Source of the DNA: an uncultured Planctomycetaceae bacterium
GTDB taxonomy: Bacteria; Planctomycetota; Planctomycetia; Gemmatales; Gemmataceae
DNA length: 63,736 bases
Direction: 5' to 3'
NCBI GenBank assembly: GCA_903912515.1
Contig: CAIWHS010000070.1
Location: forward strand, 1 to 63,736
Part shown: positions 36,694-46,673 of the stretch, piece by piece
Layout of the letters: every line of letters begins with the position of its first letter
How positions within the stretch are numbered: position 1 is the stretch's first letter
Notes under the pieces: generated by a model
Databases searched by the model: none
Seen by the model: the letters and a program-made list of their open reading frames with translations, nothing else
Told to the model about the DNA's origin: nothing
Position numbers and translations under genes: made by a program

Positions 36694-38844
36694 TCAGCCT
36701 TCGTGGTCTGGCAATTCATAAACCGATCGGGCCTGCCCCGCTTCCTGATGGTGGCCAAACAGTTGCTCAAAGTAGCCATCCGCCGCCAAGGTAGCACTAT
36801 CACCAACCAAGAGTAAAAGCCGCCGGGGGCGGGTAATTGCCACATGAGTCCGCCTTTTTTCTTTCAAAAAGCCGATCTCGCCCGAGGCATTGCTCCGAAC
36901 CAAAGAAAGCAAAATCACATCCTTCTCGCGCCCCTGAAACCCGTCGACTGAATCAATCTCAACCCTTTCATCCTCCAACAATTGCCGTAACAGCCGTGCC
37001 TGCCCCGCATAGGGAGTGATCAACCCCAACTCCGAAGGATCCAAGCCCGCCTCTAGCAACTTACGCGCCTCTGCCACGACCCGTTTGGCCTCCCCAGGGT
37101 TCAGCCGCGAGGCACCATCTTCTTCCTCCTCGTCTTCCCAACCACTGCCAGCGGTATCGATTAGGCGCACTGCAGTGGCTTGCCAAACTTCCGAAGCATC
37201 TACCCTCCAAGGAGGAACTGGACGCAAAACCACTGCATCTGCATCAGCCAATTTGCCGGCGTAAGATTCCAGGTTGGGAAAAAGACTGATTGCCGGGTCC
37301 ATGCGATATTGCACGCCCAGCAGCGCTTGATGATCCGGCCCCAACTGCCCCATGAGGCGCTCCAGCAAGCTGACAGCCAAACCGCCCTCAGCGGCCTCAT
37401 CAGATAGAACTGTCGGCGGCAACTGTTTGGGATCCCCCGCCAGAACCACCCTGTCCCCCAGAGTTATGGCCACCCATGCCGCCGGTTCGGTAGCCTGTGC
37501 CGCCTCGTCCAGTACCACCAGATCAAACCGGCGATCCTCCACAATCTCAGGTTCAAGCCCAGTGGCTGTCGCGGCCACAATGGGGCAATCTCTCAATATG
37601 GCCCGCAATGCCTGCCTCTCCAAAGCCCTGGCATCCTGAAGCAGTTTGCGCGATTCTTCCCGTGACTGTTGTTTTTCACCGGGCTCGGGCTTCGCCTTGG
37701 TCCATCTCTCCGCCTTGTCCCGAAGGCTTCGTGCCTCACGGGCCAACTTTTTGCTTTCGCGCCAATCGGGGTGTTTTTCCAGCCGGTATTCCAGGGTGGC
37801 CGGTAACAACTCTTCCATCACCCGCGCCGGATGGCCCAGACGAACTACCTCAAGCCCACACCGAAAAAGCCCCAAAGCCAAATGATCCACCGCCAAATTG
37901 CTGGGGGCTGCCACCAACACCTGCTGGCCCTTTTTCACTGCCTGGCGTACCAGTTCCACCAAGGTGGTGGTTTTCCCCGTTCCGGGTGGCCCATGGATCA
38001 AAAACAGGTCAGGTGCCACCAAGGCCCGAGACACAGCCTCTTTTTGGCTAGCATTCAAGCCAGAATGAAACCATTCCAAATCGTTTGGATTACCCGCACC
38101 CACCCGAGGAGGTTCTTTGCCCAGTAAAATATCCACCAACTTCCCCATCCGCCCATCACGCGCTCCGGACGCCCGCACCAAGGCCGCTTCCATCCGCTCA
38201 CGGGTCACCGCATCCGGCCTGGCAATCAATCTCCAAGTTCCCTCTGTTTCTTCCGGTGGGGAATCAATTAGCACCGTCACAGAGCGGCTGTCGCGCCTTA
38301 CCGCAACACAAGGAACCCCACGCGCACCCCGCCCATCATGCGGTGGCGGGTCAGGCACCAGGAGCATGGGCTTGCCTGCATCTATCCTTGGGCCCCCATA
38401 GGGCAAGGGAGCCTGTTTTGGCTTTGCTAAAATCCAGCGCCACCGCCCTGCAATTCCTGGTTCTTCACCCTGAACAACCAACCCAGTCAAAGCCTTCTTG
38501 CCCTTATTCTGGGCCCCCTCCTGGGCCAGCCTCTCCTCCTCGGCCCTTGCCTCCAAACGCAAAAGGGCCCGCCAGCGCTCAAGCCATTGCTGCCTATCCC
38601 CCTCTGGGGGGCGCTCCACCTGGCAGGAGAGCCGCACACCCTCCATCAATGCGCCTTCCAGCTTGCCAGCTATGCGCCCTGCTTGCCCGGGAGCCACCGC
38701 CACACGGGCCACGCCATGCCCGATTTGGAAGGCACCAAAAGCTGAACCCTCCTGCCCGGTAACCTGGCAAAGCCAAGCCAACAGACGGGAGGGAGTGACC
38801 CCGCCCGGAAGCGGGGAAAGCATCAATTGAACCTTGATATCCAC
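36694..38844 (-). CDS. superfamily 1B helicase, Upf1/DNA2/IGHMBP2-like (AAA_11/AAA_12)
   Basis: Walker A GPPGTGKTTT, motif II VVLDEAAQ, GDPKQLPP, QYRM, VDGFQGREKDVILLSLVRSN and RRTHVAITRPRR. An unassigned N-terminal region of about 270 aa is present. The start is GTG at 38844 or ATG at 38823. Confidence 0.88.
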   Translation of the reverse strand: MDIKVQLMLSPLPGGVTPSRLLAWLCQVTGQEGSAFGAFQIGHGVARVAVAPGQAGRIAGKLEGALMEGVRLSCQVERPPEGDRQQWLERWRALLRLEARAEEERLAQEGAQNKGKKALTGLVVQGEEPGIAGRWRWILAKPKQAPLPYGGPRIDAGKPMLLVPDPPPHDGRGARGVPCVAVRRDSRSVTVLIDSPPEETEGTWRLIARPDAVTRERMEAALVRASGARDGRMGKLVDILLGKEPPRVGAGNPNDLEWFHSGLNASQKEAVSRALVAPDLFLIHGPPGTGKTTTLVELVRQAVKKGQQVLVAAPSNLAVDHLALGLFRCGLEVVRLGHPARVMEELLPATLEYRLEKHPDWRESKKLAREARSLRDKAERWTKAKPEPGEKQQSREESRKLLQDARALERQALRAILRDCPIVAATATGLEPEIVEDRRFDLVVLDEAAQATEPAAWVAITLGDRVVLAGDPKQLPPTVLSDEAAEGGLAVSLLERLMGQLGPDHQALLGVQYRMDPAISLFPNLESYAGKLADADAVVLRPVPPWRVDASEVWQATAVRLIDTAGSGWEDEEEEDGASRLNPGEAKRVVAEARKLLEAGLDPSELGLITPYAGQARLLRQLLEDERVEIDSVDGFQGREKDVILLSLVRSNASGEIGFLKEKRRTHVAITRPRRLLLLVGDSATLAADGYFEQLFGHHQEAGQARSVYELPDHEG

Positions 38845-38872
38845 CAGTAAAAACCGCCCCCGAAATTAAACT

Positions 38873-39298
38873 CTAGCGAATAGCTGAGTAGGGTGTGGCA
38901 CCCCACCATTGCACATCAACCTTTTTTACAATCGGGCCATCTTTCTCGCTGTCGGCCCTGACCTTCATCCAGTCAGCATCCTTCCGGAAGGTGTCCCACG
39001 ATTTGTCAGCCGCTTCACGACTGGCATGCTCCACCAAATAGACCAAAACAGTATCCCCACCCTCGGAAGCGGGAACAGGCTTCCAAAAACCAACCAACTT
39101 CATTCCATGCTTCTCAAGCAGCTTGATGGTATGGTCCTTGAAACGCTTCTCCAAAGCTGGCATGCGGTCGGGATGGGTGTGGTAAACGCGCAGCTCAAAT
39201 GCCTTCCCCATCGCCTTTGCCTCCGTTTTTTCCTTGGTGCCTTCCTGGCCGCTAGCCAAAAACAGCGCACCCAAAACAATTGCCCCAAACATGGTCAT
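38873..39298 (-). CDS. NIPSNAP-family protein with signal peptide
   Basis: FELRVYHTHPDRMPALEKRFKDHTIKLLEKHGMKLVGFW is the NIPSNAP pattern. It is preceded by a hydrophobic leader. Confidence 0.8.
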   Translation of the reverse strand: MTMFGAIVLGALFLASGQEGTKEKTEAKAMGKAFELRVYHTHPDRMPALEKRFKDHTIKLLEKHGMKLVGFWKPVPASEGGDTVLVYLVEHASREAADKSWDTFRKDADWMKVRADSEKDGPIVKKVDVQWWGATPYSAIR

Positions 39299-39325
39299 GG
39301 CTCAGTCTCCCAAATTGAAAAATCA

Positions 39326-40585
39326 TCAATCCTTACGGGCTCCAATGCAAAACAGGTTCTGCTCGCCCCTCACCCACAACCTTCCACCACCAACCGCTGG
39401 CGAGGCGATCACAGGTTCACCCAAATCCACCTTGCTCAATACTTTCGGTTTACCAGAACTGGCATCCGGCTCGATAACAAAAAGGCGCCCTTTTTCATCC
39501 ACCGCCACCATTCGCCCGTCCACCAAAACCGGCGAGGCACTCACCCCATCGGTGAGCCGCTCGTTGTAGATCATTTTTCCGGTTGCCAATTCACAACAAA
39601 GGACCATGCCTTTGTCATTCACCCCAAACAATTTGCCACCTGCGGCAAGCAACATTGGAACATAGGGGAAGGTTTTTTTCTCCTCCCAAACCAGCGTGGG
39701 TTTCCCATCGGCCAGTTTCAAAACCTGCATATGCCGGTCACCTTTGCCGTCTCCGCTACAGAGCACCAACATGTCACCAACCAGCAGGGGCGAGGCAACC
39801 GTTCGCAAAGGGGCGGCATCAAACTTCCAATCATGGTTCCAAAGCACCTTGCCGGTGGCCAGGTCGTATCCCGTGGCCCCAGCAGTGCTGCCCACCACAA
39901 GTTCCTCCTTGGCACCAACCGACCGAATGAATGGTGTCGAGTAGCAAGAACGAAACGCCTTCCGCTCAGCCTCCCAGGCAATCTTTCCGCTGGACGCATC
40001 AAATGCCAAAAGCTTGGCTGATCCATCCTGATCAAAATTCACATACACCCGACCCCGGTGAATCACAGGCGAATGGCCAAACCCATGCTGACTGCTGAAA
40101 GAACCAAGCCCCACACGCCACTGCAGCTTGCCTGCATGATCATAAGAAGCCAAATTCACATCTTTGCCATCCCAAGTCAGACAGGCAATGCGTTCCGCAT
40201 CCACCGCAGGAGTGGCAGATGCCAAAGAGCTCTTGGCATGCGTTTTTGCGAAAATCCCTTTTTCGGTGGCCCGCCAAATTTCCTTGCCATTGTCAGCATT
40301 CAGGCACACCAGGTGGCGCGATGCCCCATCAGCCGATGATTCCTGCACATAAATCCGGTCGTTCCATAAAACTGGTGAACCGTTGCCATTTCCGCCCAGC
40401 TTCACTTTGTAAACCAAGTGACTCTTTAAATCTATTTTCGTGGGTAGTTTTTGGCCGGTGGCCACACCGTCACCAGCCGCCCCCCTGAAACGCGACCAAG
40501 TGTCGCCTTGAATGGAAAGGCAAGCCGAGCCCGCCAAAAGGCACCCATACAGAATTTTTGGCAAATTCAGAAACTTCATGGCCAC
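39326..40585 (-). CDS. PQQ-like beta-propeller repeat protein (BamB-like fold), secreted
   Basis: Signal peptide plus repeated G.V.A.D..TGK..W blades (ADNGKEIW, ASSGKIAW, LATGKVLW, LATGKMIY). Confidence 0.8.
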   Translation of the reverse strand: MAMKFLNLPKILYGCLLAGSACLSIQGDTWSRFRGAAGDGVATGQKLPTKIDLKSHLVYKVKLGGNGNGSPVLWNDRIYVQESSADGASRHLVCLNADNGKEIWRATEKGIFAKTHAKSSLASATPAVDAERIACLTWDGKDVNLASYDHAGKLQWRVGLGSFSSQHGFGHSPVIHRGRVYVNFDQDGSAKLLAFDASSGKIAWEAERKAFRSCYSTPFIRSVGAKEELVVGSTAGATGYDLATGKVLWNHDWKFDAAPLRTVASPLLVGDMLVLCSGDGKGDRHMQVLKLADGKPTLVWEEKKTFPYVPMLLAAGGKLFGVNDKGMVLCCELATGKMIYNERLTDGVSASPVLVDGRMVAVDEKGRLFVIEPDASSGKPKVLSKVDLGEPVIASPAVGGGRLWVRGEQNLFCIGARKD

Positions 40586-40683
40586 GCCCCCTGATCTGGA
40601 AAAGATGGATTCAAATTACCAGAAATCTGGGCCCAATTCAGCAAACTCAACTATGGTCGTAATGGGTCGCCCGGCCTTCCCCT

Positions 40684-41142
40684 TCAGAAGGCGCCCTTAT
40701 TCTTTGTGGCGTTTTTTTTCCGCTCATCGCCCAACCATGGCCACCTCGGCGGCCCCAGTACCCAAGTAAGCAAAACAAGTAAGCCAAACCCCACGTAATA
40801 GGGCAGCATCTCTTCAATGGTCATGCTGCCAATGAACTGCAAAAATGTCACATTATGGGCAAATCTGGCCAAACAGGGCTCTTTTCCCAACTCATGCAAA
40901 TCAGCTCCGTCCGCCCACCGCAATTCGCGCTCCCATGTGGTCAGCGGACACTCCACCCCAATCGCGGTTTCTCCAACCACAAACCCAATAAACAATAAGT
41001 GGCCCAATCTTAGCCAAAAATTGCGGGCCCAGCCCTGTCCAAGCAACAGGCCCACCACAATCACCGGAACGGCCAATACCGCCACCGCCACAATTAAAAA
41101 GTGGAAGACTGTCAGCAAATTGGCCCAGTCGGTCGCTCCCAT
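40684..41142 (-). CDS. DUF2784-like membrane protein
   Basis: Hydrophobic helices and the ECPLTTWERELR motif, remembered from the DUF2784 family. The ATG at 41142 is preferred over the TTG at 41160. Confidence 0.6.
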   Translation of the reverse strand: MGATDWANLLTVFHFLIVAVAVLAVPVIVVGLLLGQGWARNFWLRLGHLLFIGFVVGETAIGVECPLTTWERELRWADGADLHELGKEPCLARFAHNVTFLQFIGSMTIEEMLPYYVGFGLLVLLTWVLGPPRWPWLGDERKKNATKNKGAF

Positions 41143-41176
41143 CGCCTCGCACCTCTCCAAACGGGAACAGGTCGGG

Positions 41177-41680
41177 TTAAAACAGCACAGGTTTGCCTTG
41201 CTTGCGGCGAATCACAGAAAACTGCCCACCATGCATCAGGTCATGGTTGGCAACCAGTTGAATCAGATTGCCTAATTTGGGCGCCTTGGCCGCAAGTCGG
41301 CCTTCCGTCGGCGTGTCCAGTTGGCTTTCATTCAACTTCGCCAGCGCCGCTATGGTTGCCGCGCGGGTTTCGCGAAAAGCCTGCTCGTAGCCTGCTTTAG
41401 TTGCCCAGCCGGTGCTTTCCGTGCTGGTTGCCCCATCCTTGCCATGGCGAGCCTCAAACCCCGCCGGCAGTGGTGGATAATTCACCCCAGGAAGCTGGCT
41501 ACCTAAAATAAATCGCTCGGCAATAACAAGATGGCCCACTTGCCAGGCCGCATGATTGGCCCCATCTACCGGCCTATCCAGCAAATCTGCGTCACTGAAC
41601 CCATCCAGAAAACCCAATGTAACCATCTCCGAACCGCGAAGAGAATCGCTCAACAGTTCAATTGCATTCATGGCTGCCAC
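41177..41680 (-). CDS. DinB-family protein
   Basis: HAAWQVGHLV...ANHDLMHGGQ is the His triad spacing typical of the DinB/YfiT-like four-helix bundle. Confidence 0.8.
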   Translation of the reverse strand: MAAMNAIELLSDSLRGSEMVTLGFLDGFSDADLLDRPVDGANHAAWQVGHLVIAERFILGSQLPGVNYPPLPAGFEARHGKDGATSTESTGWATKAGYEQAFRETRAATIAALAKLNESQLDTPTEGRLAAKAPKLGNLIQLVANHDLMHGGQFSVIRRKQGKPVLF

Positions 41681-41694
41681 TCCTTGTTGTCTGA

Positions 41695-42513
41695 TTAATT
41701 TTTGCCTTTTAGCGCGCGGGGGGCGGGCTGGGTTGGGTCAACCCCTTCAATGGCCCAGTCCCATTGCTGCATAGTACCGATTTGATCATGCCGGGTCAGG
41801 TTAAATTGCAAGGGTGTCACGGTGATCAGCCTTTCCGCCAATGCGGTCACATCGGTGTCCGGATTGGGGGTCGGGCAGTTGAAATCAGGCCCAATCCAAA
41901 AATACACCCGACCACGCGGGTCCACCCGTTTGTCGTACCACTCTACATAACTTGCAGTGTTTTGTGGCAACACAGTCACCCCCCTCGGGGCTCCTTGGGA
42001 CAGGTCGGGAATATTGACATTGAAAAGCGATCCCTCCTCGGGGTTGCCGGCCAAGATCCGCTCCACCATTTGGCGTGCGAAGGATGCGCCTTGCAAGAAA
42101 TCAGGGCGGCCAACCGGCGGCATTTCCAGCGAGCAGGCAATGCTCGTCTTTCTGAAAAAAGCCCCTTCCACCGCGGCACCCACCGTGCCCGAATACAGCA
42201 CATTGATCCCCGCATTGCTACCAGCATTTAGACCGCTCACCACCAGATCAGGCGACCAAGGCAGCAGCATTCGCAGGGCCAACTTCACACAGTCTGCCGG
42301 ACGCCCCTCCACCGCCCAGCCCAGCATCTCACCTTTTTCGTCAGCCACCTCGGTGGCCACAATGGGGCTGAATATGGTCACTGAATGCCCAGCGGCACTC
42401 TGTTCGGTTGCCGGAGCAACCGCCAGCACCTCACCCAGCTTGCGCATTTCTGCCATGAGTGCCCGAAAGCCTGGTGCATAAATCCCATCATCATTCGTCA
42501 TCAAAATTCGCAT
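41695..42513 (-). CDS. surE: 5'/3'-nucleotidase SurE
   Basis: MRILMTNDDGIYAPG, VAPATEQSAAGHS, SGLNAGSN and YSGTVGAA are SurE signatures. Confidence 0.9.
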   Translation of the reverse strand: MRILMTNDDGIYAPGFRALMAEMRKLGEVLAVAPATEQSAAGHSVTIFSPIVATEVADEKGEMLGWAVEGRPADCVKLALRMLLPWSPDLVVSGLNAGSNAGINVLYSGTVGAAVEGAFFRKTSIACSLEMPPVGRPDFLQGASFARQMVERILAGNPEEGSLFNVNIPDLSQGAPRGVTVLPQNTASYVEWYDKRVDPRGRVYFWIGPDFNCPTPNPDTDVTALAERLITVTPLQFNLTRHDQIGTMQQWDWAIEGVDPTQPAPRALKGKN

Positions 42514-42556
42514 GTCTTTCCCCATTCAAATACTGGCTATTTTCAAACACATCAAT

Positions 42557-44059
42557 TCAGCCATCCGTTCCCCGTTGCGTACCTTCTGGCAATTCTTTTT
42601 CTTCTAACAAAGTATTTTCTCCCTTGGATTTGCGGGCCTTCAACGGCCTTTTGGGCTTGTCGGCCGAAAACCGTTTGTGCCGCAAAAGGTGATGGTAGTG
42701 TTGTGCGAATCGGTGGGCCTCATCACGCACCGCCTGCAGCAAACGAAGGGATTCGCTGTGCCGACTAAGCCGCAACGACTCCGACTCTCCAGGAAGAAAG
42801 ACCTCCTCTTCCTGCTTGGCAAGCGACAGCAAGGTAGGAGGTTGCAACTTCAGCGATTCAAATGCCTGAAGCGCTGCGTTCAATTGCCCTTTGCCCCCGT
42901 CAATCAGCAATATATCGGGCCACGGCCGTTCCTCGGGAGAATGGCTGAACCGTCTAAGTATCACCTCGCGGATACTGGCATAATCATCAATCCCCCGAAC
43001 TGTCTTGATCCGAAAGCGCATGTATCCGTTCTTGAAGGGTAACCCATCCAAAAAACAAACCAGCGACGCCACCGTGTCGCTACCCCCCAAATGCGCAATA
43101 TCCACCCCCTCTATCACCCGCGGACGATCCTTCATCGCCAAAATTTTACGCAGACCCGTCAACCCCTTCTTCGGATCAACCGAAAAAACCTCAGGCTGCA
43201 CATCCCTATCCACAGACCCCCGCCGACCCAGCGATTGAAGCGCCTGGATGTCGTCTCGCAAACGGGCGGCCCGCTCAAATTCAAGCGCCTTCGAGGCTTC
43301 TTCCATCCGAACACCCATTTCCCGCAGCAACCGCTTCTTGCGCCCTTCCAGAACCAGCCTCAAAGACCGAATCTGAGCCCGGTAATCCTCACGGCTTACC
43401 CGAAGGTTGCACGGTGCTGTGCACTGGCGAATGGAATGAAGAATGCACGGCCTAAACCACCGCCACTTTGGATCGACTGAACGGATATTGAGCTTGCAGG
43501 TTCTAAACTGAAAAATCCGTTGCAGCACCTGAATTGCCATCCGCAAGCTGGCCGCAGAAGTGAACGGCCCATAAAGTCGCACACCACGCCTTCGGGGGTT
43601 GCGTGTGAATTCTACGCGCGGAAATTCCTCACGAACGCGGATCTGCAGATAAGGAAATGACTTGCTGTCTTTCAGCTCCACATTGAACCGGGGCTGAATA
43701 TCCTTGATCAGACGCGCCTCCAAAAGCAGCGCATCCACCTCCGTCTCGGCCAAAATATGATCAATGTCTGTGATCAGGGGCACCATGTCGGCGGTACGCG
43801 AATCTTCCGCAGCCGCTTTGGTGAAATAATGCCCCGCCCGGCTGCGAAGATTCTTCGCCTTGCCAACATAAATCACCCGACCCTGGGCGTCTTTCATCAG
43901 GTACACGCCCGGCGAGTGCGGGAAACTCCGCACCTTCTCCGCCGGACTTACGACTTTGGCAGGGGACTGCTCGGCTGATTGCTCACCCGTCTCCCGCTGA
44001 TCGCCTGGCTCTTCCTCGCCGCCTACCACCCCGAACTCCCTCCGGGGCACCTCGGGCAA
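42557..44059 (-). CDS. uvrC: excinuclease ABC subunit C (short form without recognisable C-terminal HhH domain)
   Basis: GIY-YIG (SPGVYLMKDAQGRVIYVGKAKNLRSR), UVR motif (EFERAARLRDDIQAL) and RNase H-like endonuclease region (IEGVDIAHLGG). It ends in a Lys/Arg-rich tail. Confidence 0.85.
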   Translation of the reverse strand: MPEVPRREFGVVGGEEEPGDQRETGEQSAEQSPAKVVSPAEKVRSFPHSPGVYLMKDAQGRVIYVGKAKNLRSRAGHYFTKAAAEDSRTADMVPLITDIDHILAETEVDALLLEARLIKDIQPRFNVELKDSKSFPYLQIRVREEFPRVEFTRNPRRRGVRLYGPFTSAASLRMAIQVLQRIFQFRTCKLNIRSVDPKWRWFRPCILHSIRQCTAPCNLRVSREDYRAQIRSLRLVLEGRKKRLLREMGVRMEEASKALEFERAARLRDDIQALQSLGRRGSVDRDVQPEVFSVDPKKGLTGLRKILAMKDRPRVIEGVDIAHLGGSDTVASLVCFLDGLPFKNGYMRFRIKTVRGIDDYASIREVILRRFSHSPEERPWPDILLIDGGKGQLNAALQAFESLKLQPPTLLSLAKQEEEVFLPGESESLRLSRHSESLRLLQAVRDEAHRFAQHYHHLLRHKRFSADKPKRPLKARKSKGENTLLEEKELPEGTQRGTDG

Positions 44060-44068
44060 TTGCCCGGG

Positions 44069-45352
44069 CTAGGCCCCTCTCCTGATGATATCCTTGCCCA
44101 CCCAGGGCCGGAGTGCATGAGGCACCGCAATCGAACCATCCGCCTGCTGGTGGTTTTCCACCAAGGCCACAAGGGCCCTCGCGCAGGAGACTGCGGTGCC
44201 ATTGAGCGTGTGCACAAACCGGGTACCTTTTTGCCCTGCCGATTTGTAACGAATGTTCAGCCTTCTGGCCTGAAAGTCTGTGCAATTGCTGGTGCTGGTC
44301 ACCTCACCATATCCACCCCGGCCCGGCATCCAGGCCTCAAGGTCATATTTGCGGTAGGCCGGGCCTCCCAAATCACCGGTGCAGGTGTCTATCACCCGGT
44401 AAGGCAAACCCAAATCCTGAAACACCTCTTCCTCGATACCCAAAATTTCCAAGTGCAGCGCCTCGCTCTGCTCAGGCGTGCAAAAACTGAACATCTCAAC
44501 CTTGGTGAATTGGTGCACACGGTACAAGCCCCGGGTGTCCCTCCCAGGCGCCCCTGCCTCCGTGCGGAAACAATGCGACAAGCCCACATATTTAAGGGGC
44601 AAACGCGCCGCATCCAGAATTTGGTCGCGGTGCATGCCACCCAATGTGATTTCCGCAGTGGCCACCAGGCACAGGTCCGATTGCTCAATCGTATAAACCT
44701 GACGGGTCTCGGGGTTGGGATCCCGCGGCATGAAGCCGATCCCCTCCAAAACCTCCACTTTCGCCAAATCAGGAGTGATGATCGGGGTGTAACCGCGGGC
44801 CACCAGCTTGGCCATTGCGAAATGCACCAAGGCCAACTCTAAAAGCACCGCCTCATTCTTCAAAAAATAAAACTTGGAGCCCGTGACCGATGACCCCGCC
44901 TCAAAGTCCACCAAATCAAGACTTTCCATCAAGGAGACATGATCCTTGGGGGCAAAATCAAATGCGGGAATTGTCCCCCATTGGCGAATGTCTTTGTTGC
45001 TGTCAGGGTCACCGCCAATGGGAGCTTCCGGGTGGGTGAGGTTGGGAAGTTGGCAAAGCGCCTCCCTCACCTTCACCTCCGCGTCGCGGAGTTTGGCCTC
45101 CAACCCTTGAGCTTCCTCACGCAGGGCCTTGCCTTCGCTGATCAGGGCCTGACGCCCCGTCTGGTCTTTCTCCTTGGCGATCAGCTTCGAGACCTCGTTC
45201 TGCCGCTCCTGCACCGTTTGGGTGCGCTGGGCCAAGGCCCGGCGGTGATCATCGGCCTCTACAGCCACGGCAGGATCCGCCTTCACCAGACGGTTCACGC
45301 AATTGGCCCGCACAGCCTCGAGATTTTCACGCACATATTGAATATCTAACAT
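44069..45352 (-). CDS. serS: seryl-tRNA synthetase
   Basis: N-terminal coiled coil (MLDIQYVRENLEAV...) and class II core motifs (CFRTEAG, YRVHQF.KVE, GEVTSTSNCTDFQARR, NGTA). Confidence 0.95.
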   Translation of the reverse strand: MLDIQYVRENLEAVRANCVNRLVKADPAVAVEADDHRRALAQRTQTVQERQNEVSKLIAKEKDQTGRQALISEGKALREEAQGLEAKLRDAEVKVREALCQLPNLTHPEAPIGGDPDSNKDIRQWGTIPAFDFAPKDHVSLMESLDLVDFEAGSSVTGSKFYFLKNEAVLLELALVHFAMAKLVARGYTPIITPDLAKVEVLEGIGFMPRDPNPETRQVYTIEQSDLCLVATAEITLGGMHRDQILDAARLPLKYVGLSHCFRTEAGAPGRDTRGLYRVHQFTKVEMFSFCTPEQSEALHLEILGIEEEVFQDLGLPYRVIDTCTGDLGGPAYRKYDLEAWMPGRGGYGEVTSTSNCTDFQARRLNIRYKSAGQKGTRFVHTLNGTAVSCARALVALVENHQQADGSIAVPHALRPWVGKDIIRRGA

Positions 45353-45386
45353 GCTATTTAATCTTGCTCGGTTTTAGGCCAATGGC

Positions 45387-46565
45387 TCAGGGACGCTGAT
45401 CGATGGGGGTATAAGGGCAGTCATTTGTGCCCGTGAATATTTGCTCCGGGCGGAAAATGCGGTTGTTCTTCAGTTGCTCCAGCCAATGCGACAACCAGCC
45501 AGACACCCGAGCCACCGCAAAAATAGGCGTGAAAAGGTCGCGCGGAATTCCCAAAGCCTCGTACACGATACCCGAAAAGAAATCGACATTCGGATAAATG
45601 CCCTTGGGCCCCAAGATCTTCACCGCCGCCGCTTCCAATTGCAGCGTCAGGTCATAGCGCACTGGCCTGCCACTCTCGGCAAACACATGCTCGGCCAACT
45701 CTTGAAGCACCGTCGCCCGGGGGTCCTTCACCTTGTAAACCCGGTGCCCCATTCCCATGATTTTTTTCTTGGTGGCCACAGCGTGCTCCAGCCAACCAGT
45801 GGCTTTGGACGGCTCGCCAATTTCGTCGAGCATGTCCAAAACTTCTTCGTTGGCCCCGCCGTGCAGCGGGCCACTCAAGGTCCCTACCGCCGCCGCCACC
45901 ACCGAATAGGGGTCGGCCAAGGTCGAGCCTGTCACCCGCGCCGAAAAGGTGCTGGCGTTCATCTGGTGCTCCGCGTGCAGCACAAAGCACGCATCCAGCA
46001 CCCGGGCAACCGCCGTCGAAGGCTCCCTGCCAAATAGCATCCAATAGAAATTGGCCGCATGGCTCAGGTCTTCACGCGGCGCAATCGCGTCATCACCATG
46101 CCTAAGTCGATGAAAAGTCGCAACAAGTGTGGGCAGCTTGGCGATCAAGCGCACCACTGATTCCCAATTCGTTTTTGAGTTGGATACATCGCGGGCAGGA
46201 TAGAACATGCCCAGCCCAGCAACTGATGCCTGCAACGCAGCCATCGGATGCCCCGACTCAGGCATGCATTTGATCATGTCGCAAAGCTTGTATTTCAGCT
46301 TGCGGTGTTCTTTGAGCTGGCTGTCAAAAATAGCCAACTCTTTTTGGGTTGGCAGTTCACCCTTCAACAGCAACCAGGAAGTTTCTTCAAAGGTACTTTC
46401 CCGAGCCAGCGCCTCCACTGCGATGCCGCGGTACTCCAAACGCGCCCTTTGCCCATCAATAAAACTGATTGACGACTCGGCCACCGGCACATCTGCCAGG
46501 CCCGGACGGTATTCCGGCTCGCTCATCACCACCCCCGCCGCATTTGTTTTGTAAGTCTTTTGCAA
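45387..46565 (-). CDS. citrate synthase (or 2-methylcitrate synthase)
   Basis: GPLHGGANE, MGMGHRVYK..DPR and FAVARVSGW are citrate synthase active-site motifs. 392 aa. Confidence 0.92.
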   Translation of the reverse strand: MQKTYKTNAAGVVMSEPEYRPGLADVPVAESSISFIDGQRARLEYRGIAVEALARESTFEETSWLLLKGELPTQKELAIFDSQLKEHRKLKYKLCDMIKCMPESGHPMAALQASVAGLGMFYPARDVSNSKTNWESVVRLIAKLPTLVATFHRLRHGDDAIAPREDLSHAANFYWMLFGREPSTAVARVLDACFVLHAEHQMNASTFSARVTGSTLADPYSVVAAAVGTLSGPLHGGANEEVLDMLDEIGEPSKATGWLEHAVATKKKIMGMGHRVYKVKDPRATVLQELAEHVFAESGRPVRYDLTLQLEAAAVKILGPKGIYPNVDFFSGIVYEALGIPRDLFTPIFAVARVSGWLSHWLEQLKNNRIFRPEQIFTGTNDCPYTPIDQRP

Positions 46566-46673
46566 ATCTCAGGTTGTGTCAGCCCAAAATTGAGCCTTCA
46601 GCCTGCCCGGCCTGCTATATGTCGATTGTAGGAACCCCTGCCCTGACCGGTGAGGGGTCATTTGTTTTCCTGG

